This document shows, in pieces, positions 51,246-64,000 of a DNA stretch of 64,000 nt. The notes beneath the pieces are model-generated. The model ran no database searches, was not told where the DNA came from, and saw only the letters and a list, made by a program, of their open reading frames with translations. Position numbers and translations under genes: made by a program. Numbering within the stretch: the first letter of the stretch is position 1; each line of letters starts with the position of its first letter. This stretch comes from Octopus sinensis (Eukaryota). The stretch lies in contig NC_043016.1 of assembly GCF_006345805.1 (NCBI RefSeq), forward strand, positions 20,584,001 to 20,648,000. Direction: 5' to 3'.

Positions 51246-51771
51246 GTCATTTATATTTTTTACCTGTTTTATTAGTTTCTAGATTAAGTAAAACCCTGAT
51301 AATTATATACATATATATTATTGTTGTATGGTATTATAATAGCGAAAGATAGTCTTCGACATAAATAAGTTTGGTTTAATATTATTTGAGATATATAGAA
51401 ACATATATCGATAGTTGTAGGTTCTACTTAATTATTGTGTCCGTTATAATTTTGTTTTTAATTATAATTGATATGTAGTTGAATGGCTAATGCTTTGAAT
51501 TAATTTTTTTTAACAATCCAGCCGTCCTTCTACACGGAACTTCGTCTATCGTCAAACCATTGGCTCTGCTGAAGCTTGTATAAGGGAATTGAATTGTTTA
51601 TATATGAAAAAAGTATATAAATCGAAACAAATTGTTGGCATTTTTGGAGTTTTAATAATTGTTTATGTTATATTATATTCATAGTATATTATGTTATTTA
51701 TATTATCAATAAATTATTGGATTGGCAATTGTATCTCTCTATTCAATTTATTGTTCATATATATATATATA

Positions 51772-51835
<64 letters not shown>

Positions 51836-51836
<1 letters not shown>

Positions 51837-52199
51837 TAGCAGTATCACCCGGTGTTGCTTGGGTTTGTTTCGACCCTTTAGAATTGGAATTTTTGAAAAG
51901 TAAAAATTTTGCATTATGCAACTTGTTATTCTCTTCAAGTGAACATTTTCCCAGTTGAAATACACCGAAAAATGGTGACACAGCAGTCAAAAATCGTAAA
52001 AAATAGGGATTTTCATAGAAAAAAAAGCACCTTTTTGATGTAAATAATTTTTGGTGTTAACATGGTCCGATTTGAATTTTATCTTCTATCATACTCTCAA
52101 TTTTGGTCAACTTGCGCTGCAGGGTCTCGAAGGAGATAGTGTTAGTTGAAGGCTACCAAACCTGCCACACACAGACAACTTCAGCTTTATATATATAGA
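51836..52199 (-). mobile_element. Non-autonomous Helitron
   Basis: 3' hairpin and CTAG shared with the 19493 family; A|TCTATATATAT 5' end. Confidence 0.8.
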
Positions 52200-52937
52200 T
52201 TTGCTACACACTACTTTCCATCCTTAATAATGAAACTTGGTAGATCCAAAAGTTAAACACACAGTCACACGCACAGATACACACACAGACACACTAGTTG
52301 AGTTTTATATATATAGATTTCTCAACCGGGATTTCAGGGGAGATTTTGAGGGAGTCGCTGGCGATGTATCGTGATGATCAAAAATCCGGCCTGCTAAAAT
52401 TTGGTTAAAGTGATTCAAACTGAAGACTCAATACAAAATGGTTACATTTAATTCAAAGCGTTAAAGATGTTATGAAAACAATTGGTATGTGTTCACAAAG
52501 TCCAAACGATTAATACGAAAAAACCCTCCAGGCTACATCCCGAAAATTCATTTCTTTGCCGAATTTCTACAATGTTTACGGCGATTCGTTTTTATATCTT
52601 GATTTTTTTTTTTTCATGCAATTTACGCATCCTTGCACGCGTGGTGAACACAGTTCACATCAAACAGCTGACTGAGTAAAGTTCACTATTCAATGCATGG
52701 GATAAGGCCTAAACAAACACATTATCGATTTTTGCACTTGTGAGATGAATTTCGGAACAGAAATAGCGCAGTTCAATTTTCAATCGCCTAAACTTTAAGT
52801 GACCCATTTTGGGTGGTCCTACGATTTGTTGACAAGGAGATGTGCCGGGAAGTTAAACACACAAACACACACACAGATACACACACAGACACACAAGTTG
52901 AGTTTTATATATATATAGATACACACACACACACACA

Positions 52938-53040
<103 letters not shown>

Positions 53041-55090
53041 GGATAGGCTGTATAGTTAAGAAGTTAATTTCGCAACCAGCCTCGGATTCAGGCCCACTGC
53101 GTGTTATATTGGGGAAGTGTCTTCTATTATAACCTCAGGCCAGCCAATACCTTATGAGGTATCCGTTGTTTATATGTATATGTGCATATGTAATGTTCTC
53201 TGAACCGTTTCTTATTGTTTATACACAATAAGCACAGAGGTTTTTATATATTCAAGTTAGTTGCTAGAGTTACTATTAAAGCTTCTCAATATTCCAGAAC
53301 TAGTCATACTCTGGAAGTTAGAAATATAAAACAAATAATTATGAACTTTCTGGATTATACACTAACTTTTATTTTTCATTTCTTAAATTCGGGTTTAATG
53401 ATTTAGAGTTTTGCACATTTGAAAGCAATAATCATGGACACATCGGTCAGAATTTTCTGTAACTTCTGTTTCGGCGGCGTATAAAGGCCTGCTTCGTTTG
53501 TCGAAAAAAAAGAGACGTGTCACATTCTATCTTCCTCTTCTCTGGATAAATTGCTCAAGCAAGTAGGTACTCTTTTGGGACGTAATTCTTCCAAGTTTTG
53601 TTTGGTGTTGAGCGATGTCCAGTATTCCTTTCAGTTTGCGAAGCAAAGAATGAATTATTAGCGTCCTTTTTTATATTGTATACATTTGTATTTTCGTTCG
53701 TCAAATTGCGACTTTCTCATATTCATAACAGTGTCAACTTGTTTAATTGTTTTTTTTTTTCTATTTCAACTTTCGATTGAAGGGATGGGGGAACAAGTTG
53801 ATTACACCGTCTAAACACTTCATTGATACTTATTTTATTGACCCAAAAAGGCAAATCGATATCTACGAAATTTGAACGCAGAATGTAATGAGTCGGAAGA
53901 AATACCGCAACGCAATTTTTTCCAATGCTCGAATAATTCTGCCAGCTCATCACCTTCTAATGCTTTCTGAATTAGGGATAATTCCAAAAAAGGAGAGCGT
54001 TAGTCGATACTAACGATCCTTGTACTTCGCCTTATCGACTTTAGCTTGATGAAATGCAAAGTTGACCTCGGCAGGATTTGACATCAGAACGTAAAGGGGA
54101 GCCAGAATAATTAGCAAAAGGTATTTCCTCCGACGGTCTAAAAACTCTAACAAAAGAAACGTAACCGAAAACAAAGTAGAACGAATGTGGAAGTCAATAA
54201 CAGGCATATATAGATCCTTGCCAACCTGCCCTGTTACATTAGACAGAAAAAGACATCTTGTACACCATCTAAAAATCCGTCGCTTTCATTTCACACCGCA
54301 AGACAATCTCCAGTTCAAAAATAAAAGAAAGACTGCATAAAAAAAAAAAAATCTAAACGATTATTGATAATCTTAATTAATCTTTTTTCTCTTATCAGTC
54401 TGCGGTCGCCTAGGCAACTAATCAAGGTGAGGATTTAATTAATCAAGTGCAGAGAAAAAGGTGCCATACCGACTGGACGATATCTTCTGCATCACGAACA
54501 TCCTGCTGACAACTGCTGTAATCATGATTGAAGGCAGAGTGGGATCGGTAAGTGGTAGGGGGGGTTGTATGTGAGGGCGTGGCTGGGATAGTCGGTGCAT
54601 ATGTATAGGTTAGTGGATGGTGAAGATACACGGAAGACTGTGTGTAGGAAATGTAAAAGTATAGTGGATTTGTCTTTTTTTCTTTTTCTAGACTACAAAG
54701 TTTCTCACTTTGATTCTGCTGCTGCTGCTGCTCTCTTTGTTTTCGCGTTTGTTTGGTGTTTTTGCTGTTTATCTTGTTTTGTTGTTGTTGATATCATTGT
54801 TGTTGACGTGTCACAATCTCTGGTTTCACTTTCAGTCTTTTATTTTTCGCATCTTCGCTATCAAATCTTTCAGTCCATTCTCTTGGACAATAATAACAAC
54901 CTACCATTTACAGTATATGGCCGCTAATAAAACCATTGATACTACAATTGAAAAAATATCGTTACCACCACCACGGATGTTTTGCGTTCTTGTACCATTT
55001 TGTATATATATATATATATATACCCTGGTAACTATTTATCTATTTTTCCGTGTTAATTCTTAACAAGGGAAAAATACACACACACACACA

Positions 55091-55146
<56 letters not shown>

Positions 55147-55160
55147 TATATATACACACA

Positions 55161-55193
<33 letters not shown>

Positions 55194-55287
55194 CGACGGG
55201 CTTCTTTCAGTTTCCGTCTACCGAATCCACTCACAAGGCTTTGGTCGGCCCGAGGCTATAGTAGAAGACACTTACCCAAGGTGCCAC
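55194..55287 (-). mobile_element. SINE family 2 fragment
   Basis: Homologous to 46255-46350. Confidence 0.8.
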
Positions 55288-55473
55288 TCACTGGGAAATC
55301 CATCTCCTATTATTAATTAATACTACTACCCTAACTGCCTCTGCAAAGTTCCTGAAGTAAATCCAATGGAAGGGTACCACAACTATAGATGACAACAGGT
55401 AGCCTAAACTGTGCCGGTGCTCTACTCAGCATTTAAACACCCTAATCTAATTATATGTATTGATCTCATATAT

Positions 55474-55576
<103 letters not shown>

Positions 55577-55613
55577 ATATATATACATATATACATATAT
55601 ATATAATATACAT

Positions 55614-55649
<36 letters not shown>

Positions 55650-55980
55650 TGGTAAAAATGGTAAGTTTCTTTGTGCTTGTTTATCTGTTGATGTGAATAT
55701 ATGTACTCAATCATACACATATATGCATGTTCGTACCTGCACTGCATCTACACTATATATACATACTCACAAAATACTTTATACATATACTTATTGAAAA
55801 CAGCTTATATGCATCAAATCGTGCATGGATATATCTATAAATACAGAGAAGTATGTGTGTAAATACACACACACATATACACACACACACACCCACTCAA
55901 TAATAATATTTTATAAGCTTAAAGCTTATTAGCGATCACCGTGTATTGACTAAAGTAAATAGTCTAACATTGGGGTATAT

Positions 55981-56206
55981 ACATTTCTTTATTGCCCACA
56001 AGGGGCTAAACATAGAGGGGACAAACAAGGACAGACAAACGGATTAAGTCGATTACATCGACCACCAGTGCGTAACTGGTACTTTATTTATCTATTCCGA
56101 AAGGATGAAAGGCAAAGTTGACCTCGGCGGAATTTGAACTCAGAACGTAACGGCAGACGAAATACGGCTAAGCATTTCGCCCGGTGTGCTAACGTTTCTG
56201 CCAGCT
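55981..56206 (-). mobile_element. SINE family 1
   Basis: Homologous to the other copies. Confidence 0.9.
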
Positions 56207-56587
56207 GCGCTCGACGGAAAAAAGTTGGGGTTGCCGTATCAATACACGGTGATCGCTTATAAGCTTTAAGCTTATAAAATATTATTACTATTATTATTAT
56301 TTACAGAATTGTAAAATTCGGCACCGCTTACCACGTAATTGCAGAAAACGCACATATAAACTTTTTTTATAAAAACAACACTATGAAGTACTTAAATCTA
56401 ACGGAAAGAAGCCAGGGGATACGTTAGCGTAATTATAGTACACTTGTCGCGAATACATAGAGGTGTAAGTCCGTGTCCCATGATGATGATAATGATGATA
56501 TGTGTGCGTGCTTACTGTATTCGAATTTCTGAAAGTCCTACTTTTTTTTTCCGTCGAGGGCTTATATGCCCCAAAATAGACTCTCTC

Positions 56588-56950
56588 TTTTACTTGTTTC
56601 AGTCATTTGACTGCGGCCATGCTGGAGCACCGCCTTTAATCGAGCAACTCGACCCCGGGACTTATTCTTTTGTAAGCCCAGTACTTATTCTATCGGTCTC
56701 TTTTGCCGAACCGCTAAGTAACGGGGACATAAATACACCAGCATCGGTTGACACACAAGCTCGCACACATATATATATACATATATACGACGGGCTTCTT
56801 TCAGTTTCCGTCTACCAAATCCACTCACAAGGCTTTGGTCGGCCCGAGGCTATAGTAGAAGACACTTGCCCAAGGTGCCACGCAGTAGGACTGAACCCGG
56901 AACCATGTGGTTGGTAGACAAGCTACTTACCACACAGCCACTCCTGCGCC
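56588..56950 (-). mobile_element. SINE family 2
   Basis: Near-identical to 46021-46420. Confidence 0.9.
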
Positions 56951-57058
56951 TATTCACTTTAGTCAATACACGGCGATCGTTTATAAAATATTATTATTAT
57001 TATTTACAGAATTGTAAAATTCGGCACCACTTACCAACTAATCGCCCCCCCCCATGTA

Positions 57059-58349
57059 CAGGGTGTCCCAAAATTAAGGCAATCAGCTTTTTTCAATTTT
57101 GTCAAAGCAAAATATTCTTATATTTCGGGTTCGAGCGTTGCAATGCTATGGTAAAGGAAGCATAATCATGGCACTACCACATTTATTCGATATGACCACC
57201 CTTTGTCTTGAATCACAGCTTTAAGTCGAGGTACCTTAAGTCTAGGTGCGAATGCATCACACGCGGCATGCAGCTGATCTTGCAGAATCGAAGTGTTCCT
57301 GGTGTAGTTTTACCTCCAGAGCATCGAGCGAAGTAGGAGGAGTGCTCGAGACCCGTGTCTCCGAAATGGACCAAACTGAAGAATCCAACGGGTTGAGATT
57401 CGGGCTTCCTGAGGGCCAGTCATCCTTGCCTATGAATGACGGGATGCTTTTCTGAATCCAGTGGTATGTCTGTTTGGGGCTGTGGGATGGTGACGAGTCT
57501 TGTTGGAAGCTCCAGGGTGTGCCTTGAAAGTGCTTATTCTCCCATGGAAGCAGTTCACCTTCCAGAATGTCGCTAATGTATCGTTGGATATTAATTTTAA
57601 CACCCGAGGGCACAAAAGCAAGGGGAAGATCTTCAAGTGGCTATTACAGCCGCCCAAATCATAACTGACTGTGGATTTTGACGTCGATTTACGAGTCTAC
57701 TCCTAACGGAGCCAGATACTCTCCAAAGTCGGTCATTCTGGAGGTTTACTTTCTGTTTGATGTCAAATTTCTTTTCATGAGAGAACACCAGTTTGGATAG
57801 CGTGACTTCATCAATCCGACACAAGAAAAGACGATTACTCTTTAGTCTCATGCGTGAGCTCATGACGGCCGATCATCTTGTAGGGGTGGGTCCTGAGATA
57901 CTCCTACAGCGCTCGATGCATCGGTGTTCGGCTTATTTTTGCTGAGGCAGCCAATTTTCCGATGGAATGACGAGGATTTCGCCGTATCTTTTCTCTGGTA
58001 CTTTGATAAGCTGAGGGGACCGCAAACTTCTTTTTCAGACGCGTCCAGGTCGATATGTGGTGGAACCAGTTTCTTGAAATTTCTTGACAATTTTCCAGAC
58101 TGTTGTTCGGTAAATTTTAAGTTTTTTTTTTATTGCCATAGCTGTATTATTTCACCTTCTTTGTGGAGGGTTATGATTGTATTTCGGTCTATGGCAATTA
58201 TCTAATTAATAAATCTGAATTTATTTAGTCTGAAATAGAATGAAGACACACTAAGCTTTTATAGTGATGTATAATTTTCATATCTTATCACATTTATTTA
58301 TAGTTATTAACGCCCGAAATTTCAATTGCCTTAATTTCGGGACACCCTG
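57059..58349 (-). mobile_element. Tc1/mariner DD37D (maT) transposon, decayed
   Basis: TIR CAGGGTGTCCC.AAATTAAGGCAAT; TA TSD; 37 residues between the D of FQQD and the D of NPLD. Confidence 0.9.
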
Positions 58350-58357
58350 TATGTCTT

Positions 58358-58575
58358 CCTTTTACTTGTTTCAGTCATTACACCGCAGCGATGCTGGGGC
58401 ACCAACTTGAAGAATTTTTAGTCGAATAAATCGACCTCTGTACTTGCTTTTTGTTCATTTTGCTACTTATTCTATCGGTTTCTTTTTGCCGAACGAACCG
58501 TTGGGTACCGGGATGGAAACACCAACTACAATTGTCAAGCGGTAGTGGAGGACAAACAGAGACACAAAAGCACTC
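58358..58575 (-). mobile_element. SINE family 2, 3' half (older copy)
   Basis: TTTTACTTGTTTCAGTCATT... homology. Confidence 0.7.
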
Positions 58576-58706
58576 ACATACACACGCGCGCGCGCGCGCG
58601 TGCAAAAACCTTGAGTTAAAGAGGGAGTAATACGTGTCCAGAAGACATTAATTAATGATAAACAAATAGCGAATTACGAGAGGCGTAAGTTTGTTTTATA
58701 AATTTA

Positions 58707-59003
58707 CAAGCAGTATCGCCCGGCGTTGCTCGGGTTTGTAAGGGAAATAACTATATAAGCATTTTTAGAGAGTTATAGCCAAAAAATAGCAAAAAAATGC
58801 ATTAAAAATGGAAAAAAAATTATGGTAATTTTTTTTTTAAATCGTAGACTCATCGTAGACGCACGCTAATACCCAGAAGGGCTCGATATGAATCACGACT
58901 ATAAGATACCCGGTTTTGGTTAAACTGCACCGCAAAATGTGGGAGTAGTTAGGAATCTAAATCGTAGGAGACAGACACACAACTTCACTTTTATATATAA
59001 AGA
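58707..59003 (-). mobile_element. Non-autonomous Helitron (internally deleted relative of 18962-19493)
   Basis: Both ends are reverse complements of the family ends. Confidence 0.85.
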
Positions 59004-59166
59004 TATCCCATGGAATGAAAAAATTCCTAGGTTTAAAATTCAATAACGATTGTTTGTTACGTATACGCACACATACAAACATATAAATCTATAATTATAT
59101 ATATACACACTAAATACATACATGCAACATATATATAAACACACACCTATGTAAATGTATATATGT

Positions 59167-59350
59167 GGAGGCGCAATGGCCCAGTGGTTAGGGCAGCGGA
59201 CTTGCGGTTTCGATTCCCAGACCGGGCGTTGTGTGTGTTTATTGAGCGAAAACGCCTAAAAGCTCCACGAGGCTCCGGCAGGGTGTGGTGGTGATCCCTG
59301 CTGTACTCTTTCACCACATGGCCGCAGTCAAATGACTGAAACAAGTACAA
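59167..59350 (+). mobile_element. tRNA-derived SINE, family 3 (head GGAGGCGCAATGGCCCAGTGGTTAGG)
   Basis: A box TGGCCCAGTGG and B box GTTTCGATTCC; joined to a family-2 tail. Confidence 0.7.
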
Positions 59351-59912
59351 AAAAAAATACATGCATATACACATATATACATACACACACACACACCATA
59401 TATATATATAGATAGATACATACACATATGTGAAGCATACATACACCTTCATATATGTATACGTATGCACACACAGGCGAGCGGATACTCATATACATAC
59501 GAATGTATATACATTCACGTGCATACATGAATGTACACATTTCTACATACATGCATACATACATCTTTACATATATGACATTAGGAGTTGAAAGTTAAAT
59601 TTAATTGTCAACTCCTAGTATCTGGAAGCTAGCTGCATTAGATCTTTTGATGATGGCAAGAGGATAGATAAATATTGTAGCTAAATTACTAATCTCATGA
59701 CCTCCCTCCCCACTGTGTTTCCACTTCTGCCATTCCAAAATTGTAGTTGTTTCTATTTAAGCTTATTCTGCCACATTAGTAGCATCATGGAATTTTTTCC
59801 TTCTCTAACTCTAATACCGGACTGGCTTGGTGCATCAACTTAAGTACCCTATTCAACTGAGTCCTAATTATTTCTATAAATAAATACATACATACATACA
59901 TACATACATACA

Positions 59913-59944
<32 letters not shown>

Positions 59945-60259
59945 CATATATATATAAATACACACACACACACACATATGTATAGGGAAAATAGGACAAA
60001 GAAGAAAATGCTAAAATAATTTTATTATGAACATTTTAGTACCGGTTTCAGCCTTTGAGACCTTTTGAGTAAAGCACGAAAAACAATTAAATTATGGAAA
60101 AATTAATTGAAATGTTTTTTAAAAAAATATTTCCATAGTTTTCAAAGTCGTGAGACATTATCCTTTTTTTGTGTGTGTCTCTCTCTTTTACTTTAGTGAA
60201 GCCTCAGTAGGTAGGGAGTAGCAGATACTTTCTCACTCTTTTACTCTTTACTCTTTTAC

Positions 60260-60636
60260 TCTTTTACTTGTTTCAGTCATTTGACTGCGGCCATGCTGGA
60301 GCACCGCCTTTAGTCGAGCAAATCGACCCCGGGACTTATTCTATCAGTCTCTTTTGCCGAACCGCTAAGTGACGGGGACGTAAACACACACCAGCATCGG
60401 TTGTCAAGCGATGTTGGGGGACAAACACAGGCACACAAACATATACACGCACACATATACATATACATATATACGACAGGCTTCTTTCAGTTTCCGTCTA
60501 CCAAATCCACTCACAAGGCATTGGTCGGCCCGGGGCTGTAGCAGAAGACACTTGCCCAAGATGCCACGCAGTGGGATTGAACCCAGAACCATGTGGCTGG
60601 TTAGCAAGCTACTTACCACACAGCCACTCCTGCGCC
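60260..60636 (-). mobile_element. SINE family 2
   Basis: Homology to other copies; (TTTTACTC)n tail. Confidence 0.9.
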
Positions 60637-60691
60637 TATAATATTTAAATATTTCTTCAGATCTGCTACTCCCTACCTACCGAGCTTTTAC

Positions 60692-60848
<157 letters not shown>

Positions 60849-61077
60849 GAGAGAGAGAGAGAGAGAGAGAGAGCAGAAGAAGAGAGAGAGAGAGAGAGAG
60901 TGAGAGACCATACACACGAAAAAAGGAAAATGTCCCACGTATTTGAAAACTATGGAAATATTAAAAAAAAACATGCATTTAATTTTTCCACAAATGAATT
61001 GTTTTTCATGCTTTATTCTCGCTTGAAAAAGTTAGAAAGACTGAAACCGGTACTATATATATATATATATATATATA

Positions 61078-61614
61078 GTGAGGTTTTGTGAGGAGATAGA
61101 TTCCTCTTTAAAGGGATGTCAACATCCAAGCGTCCTCCGGTTTTATCGTATATATCGATGAACTTTCTGGAATCCTGCTTTTCTCTGGTAGTATTAGTGT
61201 TTATCATTTATTGGGCACCAGTATTATACACATTATGGAATTCCAGTATTTCGTATAGATCCTTACTTCTCATCGATATATGTGGATATAGTTATAGTAA
61301 TATATCATGAAGAAAATGGAGACTTTGAACACAGCATAATCAATTTATTTACATTTTGTCAATCATATAAGCCTACGATAGTTTCCATATCAATCTTCAT
61401 GTAAATTACAGTTAAAATTGCATTATGAAATAAACGAAAGTAGATATTTCTTCGGGGTGAAAATTGACACATTTGTTTTTACTTCCTAATAGATTGAGCG
61501 TTCATCAACAGACTAAAATACCAACACGCGTTTATTTATGCGTGCGTGTTAGTATGTTTGAAACAAAGAAACCGTTATTGGTGTATGTTGTTTTCCAGTT
61601 TCAGCTCTTGAGCT
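61078..61614 (-). mobile_element. Putative PLE end with degenerate hammerhead (61369-61457), abutting (TA)n
   Basis: Minus strand reads CCGAAGA...GAAA-CUAUCG-UA-GGCUU, similar in layout to 33965-34073. Confidence 0.45.
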
Positions 61615-62049
61615 AGAGACTTGGGAGTAATTGTGGACAACAACATAAGTATATATACTTATTTTTCATTTATACATTTATCATTAAGTAAATCTATTTA
61701 TTTAGTTTTAATCTATATTATCAATTGTGAGAACAATTAAGCACTTGAAATTTTGCCTCCGTTTAAACATAAAATACTATCCCGACACATTTTCATTACA
61801 AACAAATATTGAGTCGGGTATGTGTGGAAGAGATTCGTTGATCTCCAGGAGAAATAGCGAATATACTCCTCATATGTAGGTTGAAATTCAGCTTGCTTTG
61901 TGTCACGAAATGTATGATAAGCCCTGACACTGAATTCAGAATATATGTACAGTAACTAATGGCACTATGATATTTCGAGTTCTCTACGTATTAAATCCAT
62001 TGTGTCTAGGCGGTGTCATTTTAATTCTTCTCCAAAGTATTTTTCACTT

Positions 62050-62230
62050 ACCAAAATCTCATTGATTTCTCAATGTACCACTTAAAACAGATGAAACCCC
62101 CCATACTTCCGCATCTAACAATATCAGAGACTTGGGAGTAATTGTGGATAACAACATAAGCTGGGCCGCTCATATAAACAGCAAAGTTGACATGATCCGC
62201 AGAATGTGTTCCTGGATTCTCAGAACTTAC
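62050..62230 (+). mobile_element. CR1-type RT fragment
   Basis: RDLGVIVDNNISWAAHI motif. Confidence 0.65.
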
Positions 62231-62360
62231 CCGTCGAGAGATATCCACACATTCATCCTTCAACCTTTGAGAAAAAATCTCATAAAACATTTCTACTGCT
62301 GTTGTTTGTAGCCTCAAACCCTGCAAAGCAGTCTTGTGATACGCAGGATGTTGACCGTTA

Positions 62361-62596
62361 AGGCGGCGAGCTGGCAGAAACGTTAGCACGCCGGGCGAAA
62401 TGCGTAGCCGTATTTCGTCTGCCGTTACGTTCTGAGTTCAAATTCCGCCGAGGTCGACTTTGCCTTTCATCCTTTCGGGGTCGATAAATTAAGTACCAGT
62501 TACGCACTGGGGTGGTCGATGTAATCGACTTAATCCGTTTGTCTGTCCTTGTTTGTCCCCTCTGTGTTTAGCCCCTTGTGGGTAATAAAGAAATAG
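62361..62596 (+). mobile_element. SINE family 1, young copy
   Basis: 15-bp TSD AGGATGTTGACCGTT. Confidence 0.92.
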
Positions 62597-62955
62597 GATG
62601 TTGACCGTTCAAGGAAGTGTGACCCACAGATTAATCTGACTGAGTACCATACAGCACAATTCGGGATGCACTTCTGAATCGTAAGGGGTGCAGCGTAGCA
62701 TTCTGCATATGTTGTGCACTCTACCGATCAAATGATTTTTGAACGCTACAGATATCGATGGTAGCAACAGCACAAGCAGTGAAGATGGTTCGATCAGAAT
62801 GTCGCTTGGACGAGATGATCAATATTTCGCCAAGGGGTTGTAATTGAGAAACAGTGGTGGCTATTTTACAGTATCTTGGTCCTTCCTGAGAGATTGCTAC
62901 TCTTAAGTGCATACATATATATCAGAGATATTGTGGTTATAAACGAAACAATATA

Positions 62956-63486
62956 TCTATATATATAAAACTGTAGTTGTGTGAGTGTCTGACCCCTTCG
63001 ATTTAGATTCCTAACTACTCCCACATTTTGCGGTGCAGTTTAACCAAATTCGGGTATCGTATAGTCGTGATTCATATCGAGCCCGTCTGAGTATTAGCGC
63101 GCGTCTACGATGAGTCTACGATTTTAAAAATAATTTAACATAATTTTTTGATTCCATTTTAATGCATAATTTTTCGTGTGTCGATGGCGGCGGAGTTGGC
63201 GTCCATGGTCACACCTGCACCTGTTTGCTTCTCCCCCTTCTTCCCTCCCTCGTGAAGCTGTGGGGAAGGAAATTAAGGAAATTAAGGAAATTAAGGAAAT
63301 TAACGTCGTAAAGCGTTGTCAAGGAGACCAGCGTTCTTTTAGAACAACGACTTCATGGCTTGAAGACACCAAAACAGAAATGGCTAAGAAAGCCCGAATT
63401 GGCATCTATGAGGGAAGTAACTCTCTAAAAATGCTTATATAGTTATTTCCCTTACAAACCCGAGCAACGCCGGGCGATACTGCTAG
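62956..63486 (+). mobile_element. Non-autonomous Helitron
   Basis: A|TC...hairpin-CTAG|T; near-identical to 18962-19493. Confidence 0.88.
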
Positions 63487-63911
63487 TATTTGATATAAGC
63501 GTAAACAACACAGTTTTTTTTTTCTGGCAAACAAGACAGCACGACCTAAAACTTCGAACATGAATTAAAAATACAATCTGGTACAAGAATTAATAAACAT
63601 AACAGATATACTTATAAAAATACGAAAATTGTTATAAACACAAAGAATATAATAAATTATAGTTAATTTATAACAAAACAACAAAATATGATTGATAAAA
63701 ATATAAATAAACACGTCATCATATCTTTTTTTATCAACTATAATTCATAAACAATTTCACACTTTAATGACAAATATCGAAAAGTTATAATTAACAACTT
63801 TATTTCCAAGAAATCTTTTAGTCGCGGTTCAATCGTCGTTTTATACTATTGCACAAAACACAATTATAATTTTAATCTCTTTTACATTTCATATTTTTAA
63901 TATATATGTAT

Positions 63912-63942
<31 letters not shown>

Positions 63943-64000
63943 TACATATACATACACGTGTACACTACTGTTGTGCTACAATTTAATATGTGTAAATCAT

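Noticed and set aside
59167-59230. tRNA gene
   Set aside because: A/B boxes are present but there is no full cloverleaf; it is a SINE head.

Overview
AT-rich, repeat-dominated eukaryotic DNA. The SINE families and the dense (TA)n/(CA)n/(TATG)n/(GATA)n/(GA)n microsatellites point to an Octopus (cephalopod) genome; this is an inference. One host gene is supported: an MEA1 (male-enhanced antigen 1)-like gene on the minus strand, with a probable 5'UTR exon ending at 12456, coding exons 7720-8031 and 90-171, and the rest beyond the left edge. The remainder is mostly decayed mobile DNA: RTE, CR1, Tx1 and R4-like LINEs, three Ty3/Gypsy remnants, several Penelope-like (PLE) RT/GIY-YIG remnants, mariner and maT transposons, MULE-type MITEs with 9-bp TSDs, non-autonomous Helitrons and tRNA-derived SINEs. 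The most striking pattern is a set of sequence-unrelated PLE ends that carry minimal type-I hammerhead ribozyme motifs, sit beside (TA)n tracts and are often arranged as fold-back hairpins. One of them, in MEA1 intron 1 (8774-9040), holds an exact 41-nt copy of the neighbouring MEA1 coding exon in its loop. Several other short locally templated direct and inverted duplications suggest frequent template switching at insertion sites. All calls were made by eye without database searches, and boundaries of degenerate elements are approximate.
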